Shown here: positions 40,601 to 50,521 of the stretch, piece by piece | How the letters are laid out: each line of letters opens with the position of its first letter | Numbering within the stretch: the stretch's first letter is position 1 | From: Oikopleura dioica | Lineage: Eukaryota; Animalia; Chordata | Direction of reading: 5' to 3' | NCBI GenBank assembly: GCA_907165135.1 | Contig: OU015569.1 | Coordinates: 8,618,001 to 8,682,000, forward strand | DNA: 64,000 bases | The notes under the pieces: generated by a model | The model's input: the letters and a program-made list of their open reading frames with translations, nothing else | What the model was told of the DNA's origin: nothing | The model's database searches: none | Position numbers and translations under genes: made by a program

Positions 40601-42773
40601 GGCTTGAGTCGAGAATTGTGTTTACGACGCGCGAGAATATATTCCCCGAGCATCGATAACCGAATGGTAGTCTGCAGAAGGCGTAAGATTTCCCACCCCA
40701 CTGGAAGGAAGTCTTGTACCTGTCGCTTTTCTTTACAGGGCACTGCCAATATCCACTTCGTAGATCAACTGTGGCGAAAAACTTATTGCCCGGTCCAATG
40801 TTCGCAATCGTATCCTCCATGCTTGGGAGATGGTAAGGGTCGGATTTGTCGGAGAGGCATTTGTTCAGGCTGTTTTTGTAGTTGATGCAGAAGCGCATTT
40901 CCCCAGATTTCTTAGGAATAGGCAATACCGGGCTGTTAAACCCTTTCTGGTCTTTGATCTCTTCTATTATTTTCGTTTCGAGCAGTTCGGAGATGTGATC
41001 GCTGACCTGACCATGAAAAGCTTGCGGAATCGGGTGTTGACTGATGTTTCGACTCGTACCATCAGTCGGGATTTCGATCTCGAACGGGAATTCACCCATT
41101 TTTTGACCGTCGCAGCCGAATCTGTCGTCGAATTCCAAACACAGCTCGGCGACCACCTTCTTTTGCCCCGGGTCGGCGTTTGCTGGTAGGGTAATTCCGA
41201 GTTTTTGCTTCGCTAGCTGAATGGGGCACCTGGCTGCGTTCTTGTTAGGTGCGTCCAGCTTTGGGACTTTTGGTGGCGGTTGAGTGCGGGATCGATCGCT
41301 ATCCTTGACCGCTGATCTAGTAGTCAAGTATTTCTTGATTTTGGTCCGCTTCACTCCGTCCAGCTTCACCACTTGAGTCTCAGTTTGTGTGAAGGCTTCG
41401 TTGTAGCAAAATGAGAGAGTACGATTCTTATTGTCGACTGTGAAGCTGTCCGTCATCGCATTCTCTAGTATATCGCGGCCCAGTAGACTTGGGTATTTAC
41501 TGCCTGGCATAATGGTGAGATTCAGGGAGAATGCAGGGCCACCATTGAATGATAAGCGGCAGGGAAGGATACCCATCGGCTGCTCGGCGGGAATATTTGG
41601 GCTGAAACCGGTGACCTTGAAGGGACAGGGCTTCAGCATCTGGAGAAATTCGTCGGGAACGTAAGCAGCGGACAGACAGGAGGACTCGGCTCCGCTGTCG
41701 ACTTCCATCGATACGTCAAAACTTTTAGAGCCCGTAATGATGGTAGCCGAAGCGAAATAAGCCTTTCCTGGTCGCTTCTTCTTCACTGTGTAAAAGTGAA
41801 CGTCGAATGGTTGGAAATCTTCAACGTTCTTAGTCGTATTTATCTTCTTGGATTCTGGTTGTTTATCGTCTTTCCCATCCTTAGAATCGTTGCTGGCGCG
41901 CTTAGCATTCTTCTTCTTTTTGTTCTTATTTCTGTTGAAGTGCTGGGAGACGGTCGCGCTGTCAACTCGATTCTGTCTTGTGGATTGGGCGAGACGGCAG
42001 AGTTCGTTGATATCGTAAACTTTTGATAGGCTTGGAAGGATTGCGTTGAAAACGTCTGGTTCTTCTTTCCTAAGATTCAAGTACAGCATCATCGTCGAGA
42101 ATATGTCAAATATTTCATCGACCCCGGCGTCGGCTGACTTCTCTTGTCGGTAAGAGTTCAAAGTCGCTTGCTTCGCCTCGTTCATCTTTTGCAAGACGTT
42201 GGCGGTGTAGTGTGCAAACGGCTTCGAATGGTCGTATTCGACGTCGAAAACTTCGCTTAGCTTCAGTAAGTAGTGACTCTTCGCGGCGAATGATTTCTCT
42301 AGCAGCGCCTTGGCCGATTTCCAGTCTTGACAATTCAGAAATTCGGTTCCAAGTGAGCGTTCGATGTTCAAGTCGAAGTGGCTGTACACTGCTGCGATGA
42401 AAGGCTGTTCACGTGAAGGTCTGTCGCGGACGTAGGCGCGGTGATAAATGTCGGCTCTGCCCAAGAAGGTGTTGAAAGATGTGTTGCATGCGGCGTCCAG
42501 CTTCGGCAAGTCTTGGACGTGACGAGACCAGGTAGTGGCCACCCATGCTTCTTCTCTCATTGTCGCATTCGTAGAGTCTTTTCCTTGATCGAGCTCGCAG
42601 GTAAGAAGCGTTGTACTGAGCTGTTCTAATTTTACTCTGCTTTCTGTGATCAAGGGCTCTAGGCTTGGCTTTAGTGATTCGTCATTTCGCACTTGTTCTT
42701 CGAGGTAGTTTACTCGATCGTTTATGCTTCTTATTTCGGTGACGGTTTCTAGCAGTGATTTGTTCGCCGCCAT
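37620..42773 (-). CDS. Gag-Pol polyprotein (gag, aspartic protease, reverse transcriptase, RNase H, integrase)
   Basis: Protease VDSGA; RT DLRSGYWQ, LPFG and YIDD; RNase H YTDAS and TDHRSL; integrase HDLSGH...CVPC zinc finger and DDE core (QIDF, HSDRG, AER). Single frame, no stop or frameshift. Confidence 0.97.
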   Translation of the reverse strand: MAANKSLLETVTEIRSINDRVNYLEEQVRNDESLKPSLEPLITESRVKLEQLSTTLLTCELDQGKDSTNATMREEAWVATTWSRHVQDLPKLDAACNTSFNTFLGRADIYHRAYVRDRPSREQPFIAAVYSHFDLNIERSLGTEFLNCQDWKSAKALLEKSFAAKSHYLLKLSEVFDVEYDHSKPFAHYTANVLQKMNEAKQATLNSYRQEKSADAGVDEIFDIFSTMMLYLNLRKEEPDVFNAILPSLSKVYDINELCRLAQSTRQNRVDSATVSQHFNRNKNKKKKNAKRASNDSKDGKDDKQPESKKINTTKNVEDFQPFDVHFYTVKKKRPGKAYFASATIITGSKSFDVSMEVDSGAESSCLSAAYVPDEFLQMLKPCPFKVTGFSPNIPAEQPMGILPCRLSFNGGPAFSLNLTIMPGSKYPSLLGRDILENAMTDSFTVDNKNRTLSFCYNEAFTQTETQVVKLDGVKRTKIKKYLTTRSAVKDSDRSRTQPPPKVPKLDAPNKNAARCPIQLAKQKLGITLPANADPGQKKVVAELCLEFDDRFGCDGQKMGEFPFEIEIPTDGTSRNISQHPIPQAFHGQVSDHISELLETKIIEEIKDQKGFNSPVLPIPKKSGEMRFCINYKNSLNKCLSDKSDPYHLPSMEDTIANIGPGNKFFATVDLRSGYWQCPVKKSDRYKTSFQWGGKSYAFCRLPFGYRCSGNIFSRVVNTILDSSPTRKKMLSYIDDIVCFGKTFSCYYNTLRNLFIALRKFNAKLKGEKCSFLQSEAHFLGRIINEDGIKPDPAQVSALRQMKPPRSQKELASLIGSLNWIRGFLETKMGEAISSGCFSSRMKPINDVRNSANETNCFKWTKEADLALKEIQRRLSETPVISFPNFDESFHLYTDASLYAAGGVLLQEYGGRVHLVSAISHTFNKAERKWNTSEKEMFSIVWCCERLEKLLKGRFFQIHTDHRSLIFLHKKKFKNSKISRWQSRLEEFDFHIVYIKGSENQFADFMSRRPGEDDKSLGYDSEFPVGREYEIDKNSPVRVFVPFWNENQFPEKITLSEVKIHKVNVKAIAAPMEIPLVSANYNNILDYQREDSALSAIITFLESGKEPLDIKSLVKDSDHRQSSLLKMEKALFLDNTTGCLMCQFKSGARAVVPEAVKSHFLFLAHDLSGHLGEPRTLERLEDVWWPSFQDDVSNYVHSCVPCLRRKGSAGTRTKPPLGTLRRGKTAGESIQIDFACMPPAGGFKYYLVVADTFSRYTWCIPTRSDTAICAAKALIYKVFLPMDFLPKHLHSDRGTHFCASVIDEMCKLNQIKHTISTAFHPQSNAFAERANRTIKNSLFCMVNSSSGRKTWADCVPHVMRALNSVKNKSTKISPREVWFGRKSTFTHSTGAEMTAETPQVFGLNVGALAKSAEAIVKTAMEAADRAMEHRLKNEPKPRPIPAGAVVYIKRENLTDAKSKKERWVGPLKAVSSNDWVVMVEDKKGQRDFIHREHVVHAAERNHDLRWIDYYEAEYVFPHLTEIVKSKVPQKSPVPTSKPMEKSGSKSHGGRKSSQVASTPMVAMEKPPRSSLSPILESRRRLDMENLGDTTATSILDSSVAPAEPSDRWYSGGTLYETAEDMSADATVISEVAAPDNSHMSVDKHNSTVVEGSATENSKKRTRPKSSPDRQYSAGADPNATLTEVGAAHLPKHTKRAHRETRPVEPLNIGTNSGQSYD

Positions 42774-42775
42774 AG

Positions 42776-42818
42776 CTCGAAATATATCGGCAGTAAGGGT
42801 TTATGGGCCTTGGATTAC
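42776..42818 (-). other. Candidate 43-nt GT-AG mini-intron / splice module immediately upstream of the gag ATG
   Basis: Minus strand reads ggcctgaaag|GTaatccaaggcccataaacccttactgccgatatatttcgAG|ctATG. Confidence 0.6.
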
Positions 42819-43269
42819 CTTTCAGGCCCTCAGAAAATACTGCGACTAAAAGTCGCAATATGATGAGCTGAGGTGCCTTTTGCGCAAACGCCCGACGATT
42901 TCTCTGTCCAGCGATTGTCGAAATTTCAAGGTCTGGTCCAAGGGTCGATTCTTCGTAAACTTCTCTCGATTTTTGGTGAAAAGTGGCGAAAGAATTATGT
43001 TTTTCTCAGTATTTTAGGTTTTCCCCGGCGTGCGTGCGTGGTTGCGTGGGCGCGACTTTCGGCGCGTGGGTCGTGGTGGCGCTCGTGCGGTGGCGCTCGC
43101 TCGGGGTGGTGTTGGTGTGGTGCGGAAAATTCTCTGAGTGGAGTTTCTCCGGCGGCGCGGTGGCGGTTGGTGATTCGGTTCCCCTCGACTCCGCTGACGG
43201 CCAATCAGCGTCCAAGTTGCGAAACTTCGGTTGTCGATGGCGGAAAAATTTATCTTTTCTCCAACGGGA

Positions 43270-43283
43270 CTACTCTGACACCA
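43270..43283 (-). promoter_or_regulatory. Primer-binding site, probably tRNA-Leu
   Basis: TGGTGTCAGAGTAG lies 1 nt inside the 5' LTR. It is complementary to the CCA end and resembles tRNA-Leu-type PBSs (TGGTGTCAG(A/G)AGTG). Confidence 0.75.
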
Positions 43284-43284
43284 C

Positions 43285-43540
43285 TGAAGGGATCCTAGCT
43301 TCTGCTGAATCTCCCACTTCTAGCGTAGTTTGCCTGCTCTCTATATCTGGACGAGTGAAGAAAACGAGTAAAGTATCTTTGACGTCTGTATTTCGAGCTG
43401 GAGTAAAATAGAGGTTAATTCACGAACTGCGTGAATTACCGAATGAAGAGAAATACACGGCGGCGACCGAGCAAAGCTCGATCTAGATAAGCAAGTGACC
43501 TTAGGGGACGAGGGAGTCTAACGAATCTAAGATCCCAATA
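43285..43540 (-). repeat. 5' LTR (256 bp)
   Basis: Identical to 37055-37310 and adjacent to the PBS. Confidence 0.95.
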
Positions 43541-45269
43541 CAAGGGTGCCCATGGGGATGATTTTGACTTCGACGGCCGTGGACACACTCTGGCGCATGC
43601 ATTCTACCCTGGCCAGAAAGGACGCTCGGGCCAAGTACACTTGGACGCTGACGAGAACTGGTCCCTCTACGGCTATCATGTCGGCGAGACCTCCTTATTG
43701 ATGGTTACGCTTCATGAAATCGGCCACGCACTTGGCAAGTTTATTTTTACCGAGTGCTTATATAACAATGACTTTAAGAATTTGGACTCATTCGAGTTCG
43801 TTTTCTTATGAAAATATGATATAAATTTTGCCTCATTTGTTTTGACGAGCTGTTTTTGTCTCTTTCAAATCTAAAATTGAAGTTCTTTTAGGCTGCTAGA
43901 CAGCACAGTTCAGTCTGAACATTTTCTTGCGAAAGTATGATATAAGACTTGGCTCATTTGTTTTGATGGGCTGTTTTCATGATTCGAATTTATTTTTACC
44001 GAAATTTAACCGTCCTTTAGGGCTCGGACACTCTCTCGATCCAGACTCCGTTATGCGTCCTATCTATAAGGGATATTCATGGGCTAATCTCAAGCTTGGC
44101 GCGAAGGATATTGATGGAGTCGAAAAATTATACGGCGAGGATCCGAGCAAGTTCAAAAATGACGGAATCTTTAACTCCCGCCGTGCTTTCGAAGGTAAGA
44201 CCAGATTATATTCATTTCATTACTGTAATGATAGACATTATTCTTATATTTTTACTCAAGCAATTTTATCCAGATTGTCTAGCGTTTTTCCATCGTAAGT
44301 GTTCAAAGTTCAGTTTTCCAGGTGGAAAACTTGGCATAGAAAATATGCTCCGTGAGGATTGCAAAGATCTGGTTTAACAGTTTCCGTGGGAGATAACATG
44401 GCCTAGGAATCGCGAGATTTCTAATTATGGAAATAACATTCTAAACTTAGACGTTGACATCTGTGGCGTCGTCTGGGATGCAGTGCTCACTTGTCGAGGG
44501 GAAACTTTTTTCTTCTCTGACAGACGAATGTGGAGATTGAGTCCGACTGGTCATTTCGTTCCTCCTCTGGCCATGAAGATTCACGAGTTCTGGGACGGTT
44601 TTCCTCATAATAAACCCGTCGATGCTGCTTACGAGCGATCGACAGACGGAGCACTGATATTCTTCTCCGATGCAAAAGTTTATAAGGAAATGTTAGACGC
44701 GCTTTTCTCCGCGGGGACTGTTTCCGAAGGAACCAAACTTTTAGCATCTGAAAGTTCCACGGGGCAATGATAAACGAGTCTTCTCCGGCGACGATCGCTG
44801 AGTTTTTCAATCTTCCGCCTGAAATCGCCGTCCCAAAGAAGATTGACGCCGGTACGATAATTCTGGTTTTATTGATGTTTTATTAGCCCTTTCCGTTCAG
44901 CTATTCATTGGAAGATGGAGCAGCTGACTTTTCTCTTCTTCAGGAGCTCCTTTTGGAAAATAGGAACGGATCAAAATTGAATTTATCGCCGACAACAAAG
45001 TCGAGTTAGACAAGAATCAAGTCGTTTTGAACTGAATACAGACGAGTTTAATGTGGAAAAGCCGCAGCTATTGCAGATCGGAAAACTATCTGAGTCGATT
45101 TGGAAAGAGCTTCCGTCGAATATGGACGCGGCATTTGTCGACTCTTTGGAAGTGACCCATTTTATCAAGAGACGCAAGACCTGGGAATTCAACAAGATAG
45201 AACTCAAGTAAGTACTCGTTTCCTTGCACTTTCTCGCATAAAAAGGGGTAGCCTGCCTTTTCTCCTATC

Positions 45270-45911
45270 ATGATTTCAAAAAACTTTTTGTGGGGCCGGA
45301 AATCGTAAAAAAACTGCAAGTGCAGTTTTCTTCAACTCCTCGAGACGAGTCGAATGATGGGTCTAACTCTTGATAACTCTAAGGATTTAGCGGTTTACCG
45401 GCTGGTTACCGGAAATAACGTTGTCACCGGCCGTTTTTGTTCTAGAAGTGATAAAAAGATGATCGACCCAGGAAATTGTTCCTTATAGTCAGTTCTACTG
45501 CAGGCTAAAAGATGAGAGTCGTATCATTACTCCGAAGAGAGTTATCACTAAATTACTATTTCTAGCGGAAATGGGACTAGAAATCAGGAACGTGCAGCGA
45601 CAACGAAATTTATGCAAAATTTACTGTTTTCAGTGATAACTCTCTTCGGAGTAATGATACGACTCTCATCTTTTAGCCTGCAGTAGAACTGACTATAAGG
45701 AACAATTTCCTGGGTCGATCATCTTTTTATCACTTCTAGAACAAAAACGGCCGGTGACAACGTTATTTCCGGTAACCAGCCGGTAAACCGGTAAATCCTT
45801 AGAGTTATCAAGAGTTAGACCCATCATTCGACTCGTCTGGAAGAGCTGAAGAAAACTGCACTTGCAGTTTTTTTACGATTTCTGGCCCCACAAAAAGTTT
45901 TTTGAAATCAT
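45270..45911. mobile_element. 642-bp foldback element (280-bp inverted arms, 82-bp spacer) in the last MMP intron
   Basis: Arms 45270-45549 and 45632-45911 are reverse complements with ~5 mismatches. A direct CTATC repeat flanks the element (45265-45269 / 45912-45916). Confidence 0.85.
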
Positions 45912-46713
45912 CTATCGTCTGATAAATACTGAGCTTTAGAGAGAGGCTACGGAGCGAGAATGTGGCAGAAAAGTGGTTCCACTGCCCTAAGAAAGCTGTA
46001 TTTCTGGATGCAGAGCTGACGAGCTCTGGAAAAAGAGAAATCAAGGAGGACAACGAAGAGTCTGGTATACTGAGCTGGTTCCGCCCGAACTCGAGCTTGA
46101 TTCTCGGCGCATCTGTGCTTTTACATTTCTTTGCAGCTGTCGCCTTCTATTTGTAAAAAATATCCACAACTGCCAAAATAAATAAAAAATGCAAAAAAAA
46201 GGTACTCTTTACAAATTTGATTTGATTTGATTTTCTTCGCTAGTGGAGTCGACAGTCTATATTCGAGAGGGTTAATTACTTATATGACAATTAGCTTGCG
46301 TAAACAATCTAAATAGCGAAAAAGGTTGCGCCAGCTTTTGGCGCGTTTTTTTGATTGGCGGAGGAGGGTGGCTCCCGCCCAATAGCCAAATTTCTAAGCT
46401 TATTCGCTCAGTTCCAAGTTCCAGAGAGATATGTCTGATGCATTTATGGGACAGGTCAGTTAACCTCTCAAGGAATAGAGTCAAGACCCAGAAAAAATAT
46501 GCTCTGATAAGCAATTAATTTATTAGGTGTAATTGCTGCAAGTCGAAATAATGAATTTTTGAAAAATAGATAATCAGTCTCGCTTTTAAAATTATGATTC
46601 TATAATTTTAATTGAGTATCTTTGAAAATATGAAAGCGGACTTGGATAAACTGAGACGAACGTGGTGAATCACATTTTTTTTTTATCAAGCACCGAAGTC
46701 CTCGAAAAATGAA

Positions 46714-48335
46714 ATGAACGTTTTCATTAATCATGAAAAGTCTGTCTTTTCGTTTGGCTCAGTTAGCGTGAGCACGCCTTTTTCTTCTTCATTTCTAGGA
46801 ATAAACTTTATTCCTATATTATTCAATTAAGTACAATATTTTAGAGAGGAGCTTTGGCGATGGAGCGTCTTGCTATTTATCGGCACAGTTATTGTTTATA
46901 CAGCTAGGTCGGCTCTACCAGGAACGAGATTCGAAAGAGACTTGAATATGAAGCGGTTCCTCTTGGAACAGTCAGTTCAATCTCTAGAAAGTCGTGTCTG
47001 TCTTGGTGCAGGAGGATTTTGGCTGGGATCACAATGTGCTTGGCAAGGTTATGGGCAGCTTCAGCTACGGCTACATGATGAGCCAGATTGCCGGTGGCTT
47101 CTTGGCCGATCGTTTCGGCGGTGCGCTCGTCCTCGCCTATTGCGGCTTCGTCTGGTCTGCGCTGACCGTGTTGACTCCGACGATCGTGCGTCTTTCCAAC
47201 TCACCCGCTGGTGCAATGATGATCGTCAGGACAATGCTCGGCGTCTCGCAAGGACTGCATTATCCCTGTAGGAGAGGCGATTCGATAGTGATCCCCTGAC
47301 GTGTTATTTTAGCGTTTACGTCGCTGATCGGCGAGAAAGTGCAAGCCGGCGAACGCAGCTTTCCCTATTCCTTCATCGCCTCGGGCGGCCAAGTCGGTCT
47401 CCTTCTCGTCGGCTCCATCGGTTCATGGATCGCAAGAAGCTACAAATGGGACTACCTGTTCACTGCCATCGGGGTCTCCGGCTTCTTCTGGAGTTTATAC
47501 ATTTACAGACTTAACGGCCAGTACTCTGCTGGGGCGATCAAACGAACGCGCTCGCTTGAGAATCCAAACCCAGTCCGACCGAACCTCTGCAAGAAAGCCG
47601 TCTTCGCAATGATGCTTGCCCACCTGGTACGGGCTTTCAACATAATTCCTTTTTTTGCGTTTCTAGTCAACGAATAATTTGTATTTGAATAAAATCGTCT
47701 GAAAGCCCACTCAAGGTGTCCAACAATACATTTTTCATTCTCTTCAACTGGCTGCCAGCGTTTTTCCATACCCACTGGCCCGAAGCTCCTGCCTCCATTT
47801 ACGCATCTGCGCCATGGTCTCTTAGTCTCTTTGGATGCCTCGGATCCGGCTACCTGTCGGATATGCTGGGCAAAAAGTATAATATGACCTTCGCGCGGAA
47901 ATTTTCCTGTTCTATTTGCCTCGGCATCAGCGCTTTCTTTCTTTATTGTCTCTCCAATACCTCTTCGTTCTACGCCGCTATTTTCAACTCGTGCATGGTC
48001 AGTACTCAATCTTTTATTCCGAAGCAAACTATTTTTAGGCGTGCACGGCTTCAGCCTTTGGTTCAGGTTCGATTCTCATCAACCCTTCCGACTTGTATCC
48101 AGAGGCGAGTGGATTCCTTTTCGGAATAATGAACACCATCGGTGCCATTCCAGGTAAATGAGAGCCTCAAAGCAGCCAAATAAGTCTTTTTTTAGGATTC
48201 CTCGGTGTCCAAGCTGTCGGCTACGGTCTGCATCATGGCTACGAATGGCCGCAGATCCTACGCATGATTGGCCTGCTCAACATTTTAGGCAATGTCGTTT
48301 ACGTTGCGTTTGGCTCTGCTAGTCGCTTAGTCTAA
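46714..48335 (+). CDS. SLC17A9: SLC17A9 / vesicular nucleotide transporter (VNUT)-like MFS transporter; first exon uncertain
   Basis: LLFIGTVIVYTARSALP, QEDFGWD..LGKVMGSFSYGYMMSQIAGGFLADRFGG, ERSFPYSFIASGGQVGLLLVGSIGS, FNWLPAFFH and VAFGSASRL parallel SLC17A9 (LLGTCLLYCARSSMP, QDFGWN, ERAFTYSIVGAGSQFG, VFGQAQR). Confidence 0.8.
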
Positions 48336-49124
48336 ATTAATTTAGTACTTTTGCCATGTTGATTCAGCCAGTGTCGAAATTGCTGGCTCGTTAGTAAAAT
48401 TAGTCTATTAAAATTCCCTATCGCTTCCCTCATTATCAGCTGGATTTCATTTGTCGAAGAATAACTGTTCTGGATGGCATCCGTTTCTCATTATTGTGCG
48501 TTTTCTTTGGAGGAAAGGCACTCTTAATTTCCGCTTTTTCGATCAAGGTTAAACCACGTATAGCGTCATTTTCTACTTTTTGCATTTCATTCGTGTCATA
48601 CCGCTTTGGACTACCTCCCGGTGTCAATTATGAAATCGTATTTATTTACAGTGCCGTTACTGTATTTTTAAGTTCAACTCTTCACCTGTCTCTTTCCCTC
48701 TTTGTTTTAGCTGTAGCTGCACTGAACTTTCTTTCTTTCTTTCAAATTGTTTTATACCTTTTCAATGTGCAATTCATCAATTCTCACCAACTATTTATAT
48801 TTCTGTAATATCTTTTGAAACGCTCAATACATTTAATAAATAATCTTCAAGTGCGAAAGAATCATTCTGCGATGTTTTCTTTCAGCAAAATGCCTAGTTG
48901 GAAATATCTTTTATTTGAAAATTATGTTTTTATAACTCGCTTTTCGAATGACAGTTGTTTATTTCGGGTCTATGAACATAAATTAAAAGAGCTCTGTGTG
49001 AGGGTCAATATTGTTCTCGTTCTTCTCTGATGATTAGATTTAAATTTCGTTTCAATAATCGTTGGCGGGCGTAAATTCCGATGGAAATAATCCGAATTAG
49101 TAGAGCTGCTCCTGGTAGATTTTG

Positions 49125-50521
49125 TCATCCCATCCGAGGAAATTTGTATATCCTTGTTCTAAATTCTGTTTGAGTCTGCTTTCTATATCTCAATCCCACC
49201 TTGAAAGTACAATGGCGTCGGTTCCACATGCTCGCCAAGAGCTGGCTCGGGACTGGCCACATACGTCTTGTAAAGTGAAGAGAAACCAGCTGGAAACTCG
49301 TTCGCGTCGCCCTTTGTCTGGCTTCGTCCAAGTTGTGCGGCTGAACCACCATCTGCGTACGGAGGAGTCGATGTTCCCGAGTTCTGTCCGTCTATCTACA
49401 GAAGAGAGTGAGCTCCATTAATTTATTTGAGTAATTACTGAGTCGGGCCCGCAAGGAGAACCCTGTCGTGCGTTGAATGAATCAGTTGGATAGTATGGCT
49501 CTTCTTTCAGCTTAATTTTCTTTACTCGCTCATTTTCTTCTTGCTGTTGCTTGTTTTTCCTTCCTATGATAACAATAAGTCGAAAATTAATTATCCGCTT
49601 GAGTGACTTGACAGTTCTTGCTCAAGTTTTGTCAAAAAGGGATTCTTCTACTAGAAAGTATTTTAACTCACGTTTTCTATCCGATGGGAGTTCTTCAATC
49701 GTTGTTCCCAGCGCCGAAGCTCTTGAAGCCTGTTCGATTAGATTTGGGTTGTTCTTGAGGATGACAGAGGAGTAGGAGCGAACGATCCTAAAAAATGATA
49801 CACACTCAAGGGATACCATCCAAAGACGGTATTTGTTATGTTTCTCGAAAATACTCTACTCTTTTTTATTACGGAGCTAGATGCTACTAGAACAAGCTGG
49901 AAAATTTTGCAGCGATCATTATTGCGTAAGGAACACATGTTCGCAGGAAAGACGAGCAACCATTACCTGTTGATCGATGAGACTGATGGAACATTGTCTT
50001 GAACACAGATGCGGTCATCTATTAACTGCTGTCTGATTTCCCAGGCAAACATCGTTGGATTCGCATGTTTGTACTCCGTTATCTGAAAGGGATGGAAAAT
50101 TAAATCTTTTGCGCAGCTATGAAGGATTAAAATTAACAAAAATATTTTGGAAGTTTGGAAAATGAGGTTACCTTGTTCACAACTTCAGGCGTTGCAACCT
50201 TTGGTTTCGAGCCGCCAATAACCCCTGGTTTGATATCGCCTGTTTCTTCAAACCTGAAAGACGCTAGGAAAAGTCTCCAACTTGGCAGTGCTTACCTTGT
50301 GAGGATTTTACTCACGCACCCGTGTGATACTCGTAGTTGCCTTGATATATCGCATGGACGAACACCTCCCTGCTTTGCCAAGCGAATAATTTCTCTCCTG
50401 AAAATGTCATTTTATTTTCTCTTTTCCATTCCCGGGCTCTCTGAACTGACCGTGTGTCTAGCGCAAGTGGCCTTCCGTTAACATAGTTGCCTCCCAACTG
50501 GTTGACTCCGCTGGAGCTCAT
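49125..50521 (-). CDS. Pax2/5/8: Pax2/5/8-class paired-box transcription factor, ~8 exons
   Basis: The spliced paired domain reads [15 protein letters not shown]...[22 protein letters not shown]|[27 protein letters not shown]|[20 protein letters not shown]...[19 protein letters not shown] and [20 protein letters not shown] indicate the Pax2/5/8 class. The true start may lie upstream. Confidence 0.9.

Larger units (their letters stand above)
37055..43540 (-). mobile_element. Full-length Ty3/Gypsy LTR retrotransposon (Tor-like, no env), very recent insertion
   Basis: Two identical 256-bp LTRs, a CAAG target-site duplication (37051-37054 / 43541-43544), a tRNA-type PBS and one uninterrupted 1717-aa gag-pol ORF in PR-RT-RH-IN order. 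Confidence 0.97.
36203..46156 (+). pseudogene. Membrane-anchored matrix metalloproteinase (catalytic + hemopexin + hydrophobic tail); this allele is disrupted by an LTR retrotransposon in a coding exon
   Basis: 5' part: signal-like MKLIFSFSLLLSSL, then AFKVWEEQTSLKF and KIKVSFRK (ending 37054). 3' part: [41 protein letters not shown], the SVMRP Met-turn, hemopexin repeats (DAVLTCRGETFFF, VDAAYER, MDAAFV), WFHC and a C-terminal hydrophobic tail ending 46156. Removing 37055-43540 plus one CAAG restores SFRK-GAHGD in frame. Confidence 0.9.

Noticed and set aside
37628-43411. Many 60-140 aa ORFs antisense to or overlapping gag-pol and the LTR/leader
   Set aside because: Shadow ORFs of a long, GC-richer coding strand; no recognisable motifs.
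43531-43544. Reading the LTR end as canonical ...TACA (TG...CA)
   Set aside because: The final CA belongs to the CAAG target-site duplication; the left LTR copy continues into CCCCCC instead.
48436-49030. Short ORFs between SLC17A9 and Pax2/5/8
   Set aside because: AT-rich with no motifs; the hydrophobic plus-strand ORF reflects T-rich sequence. A small gene cannot be supported.
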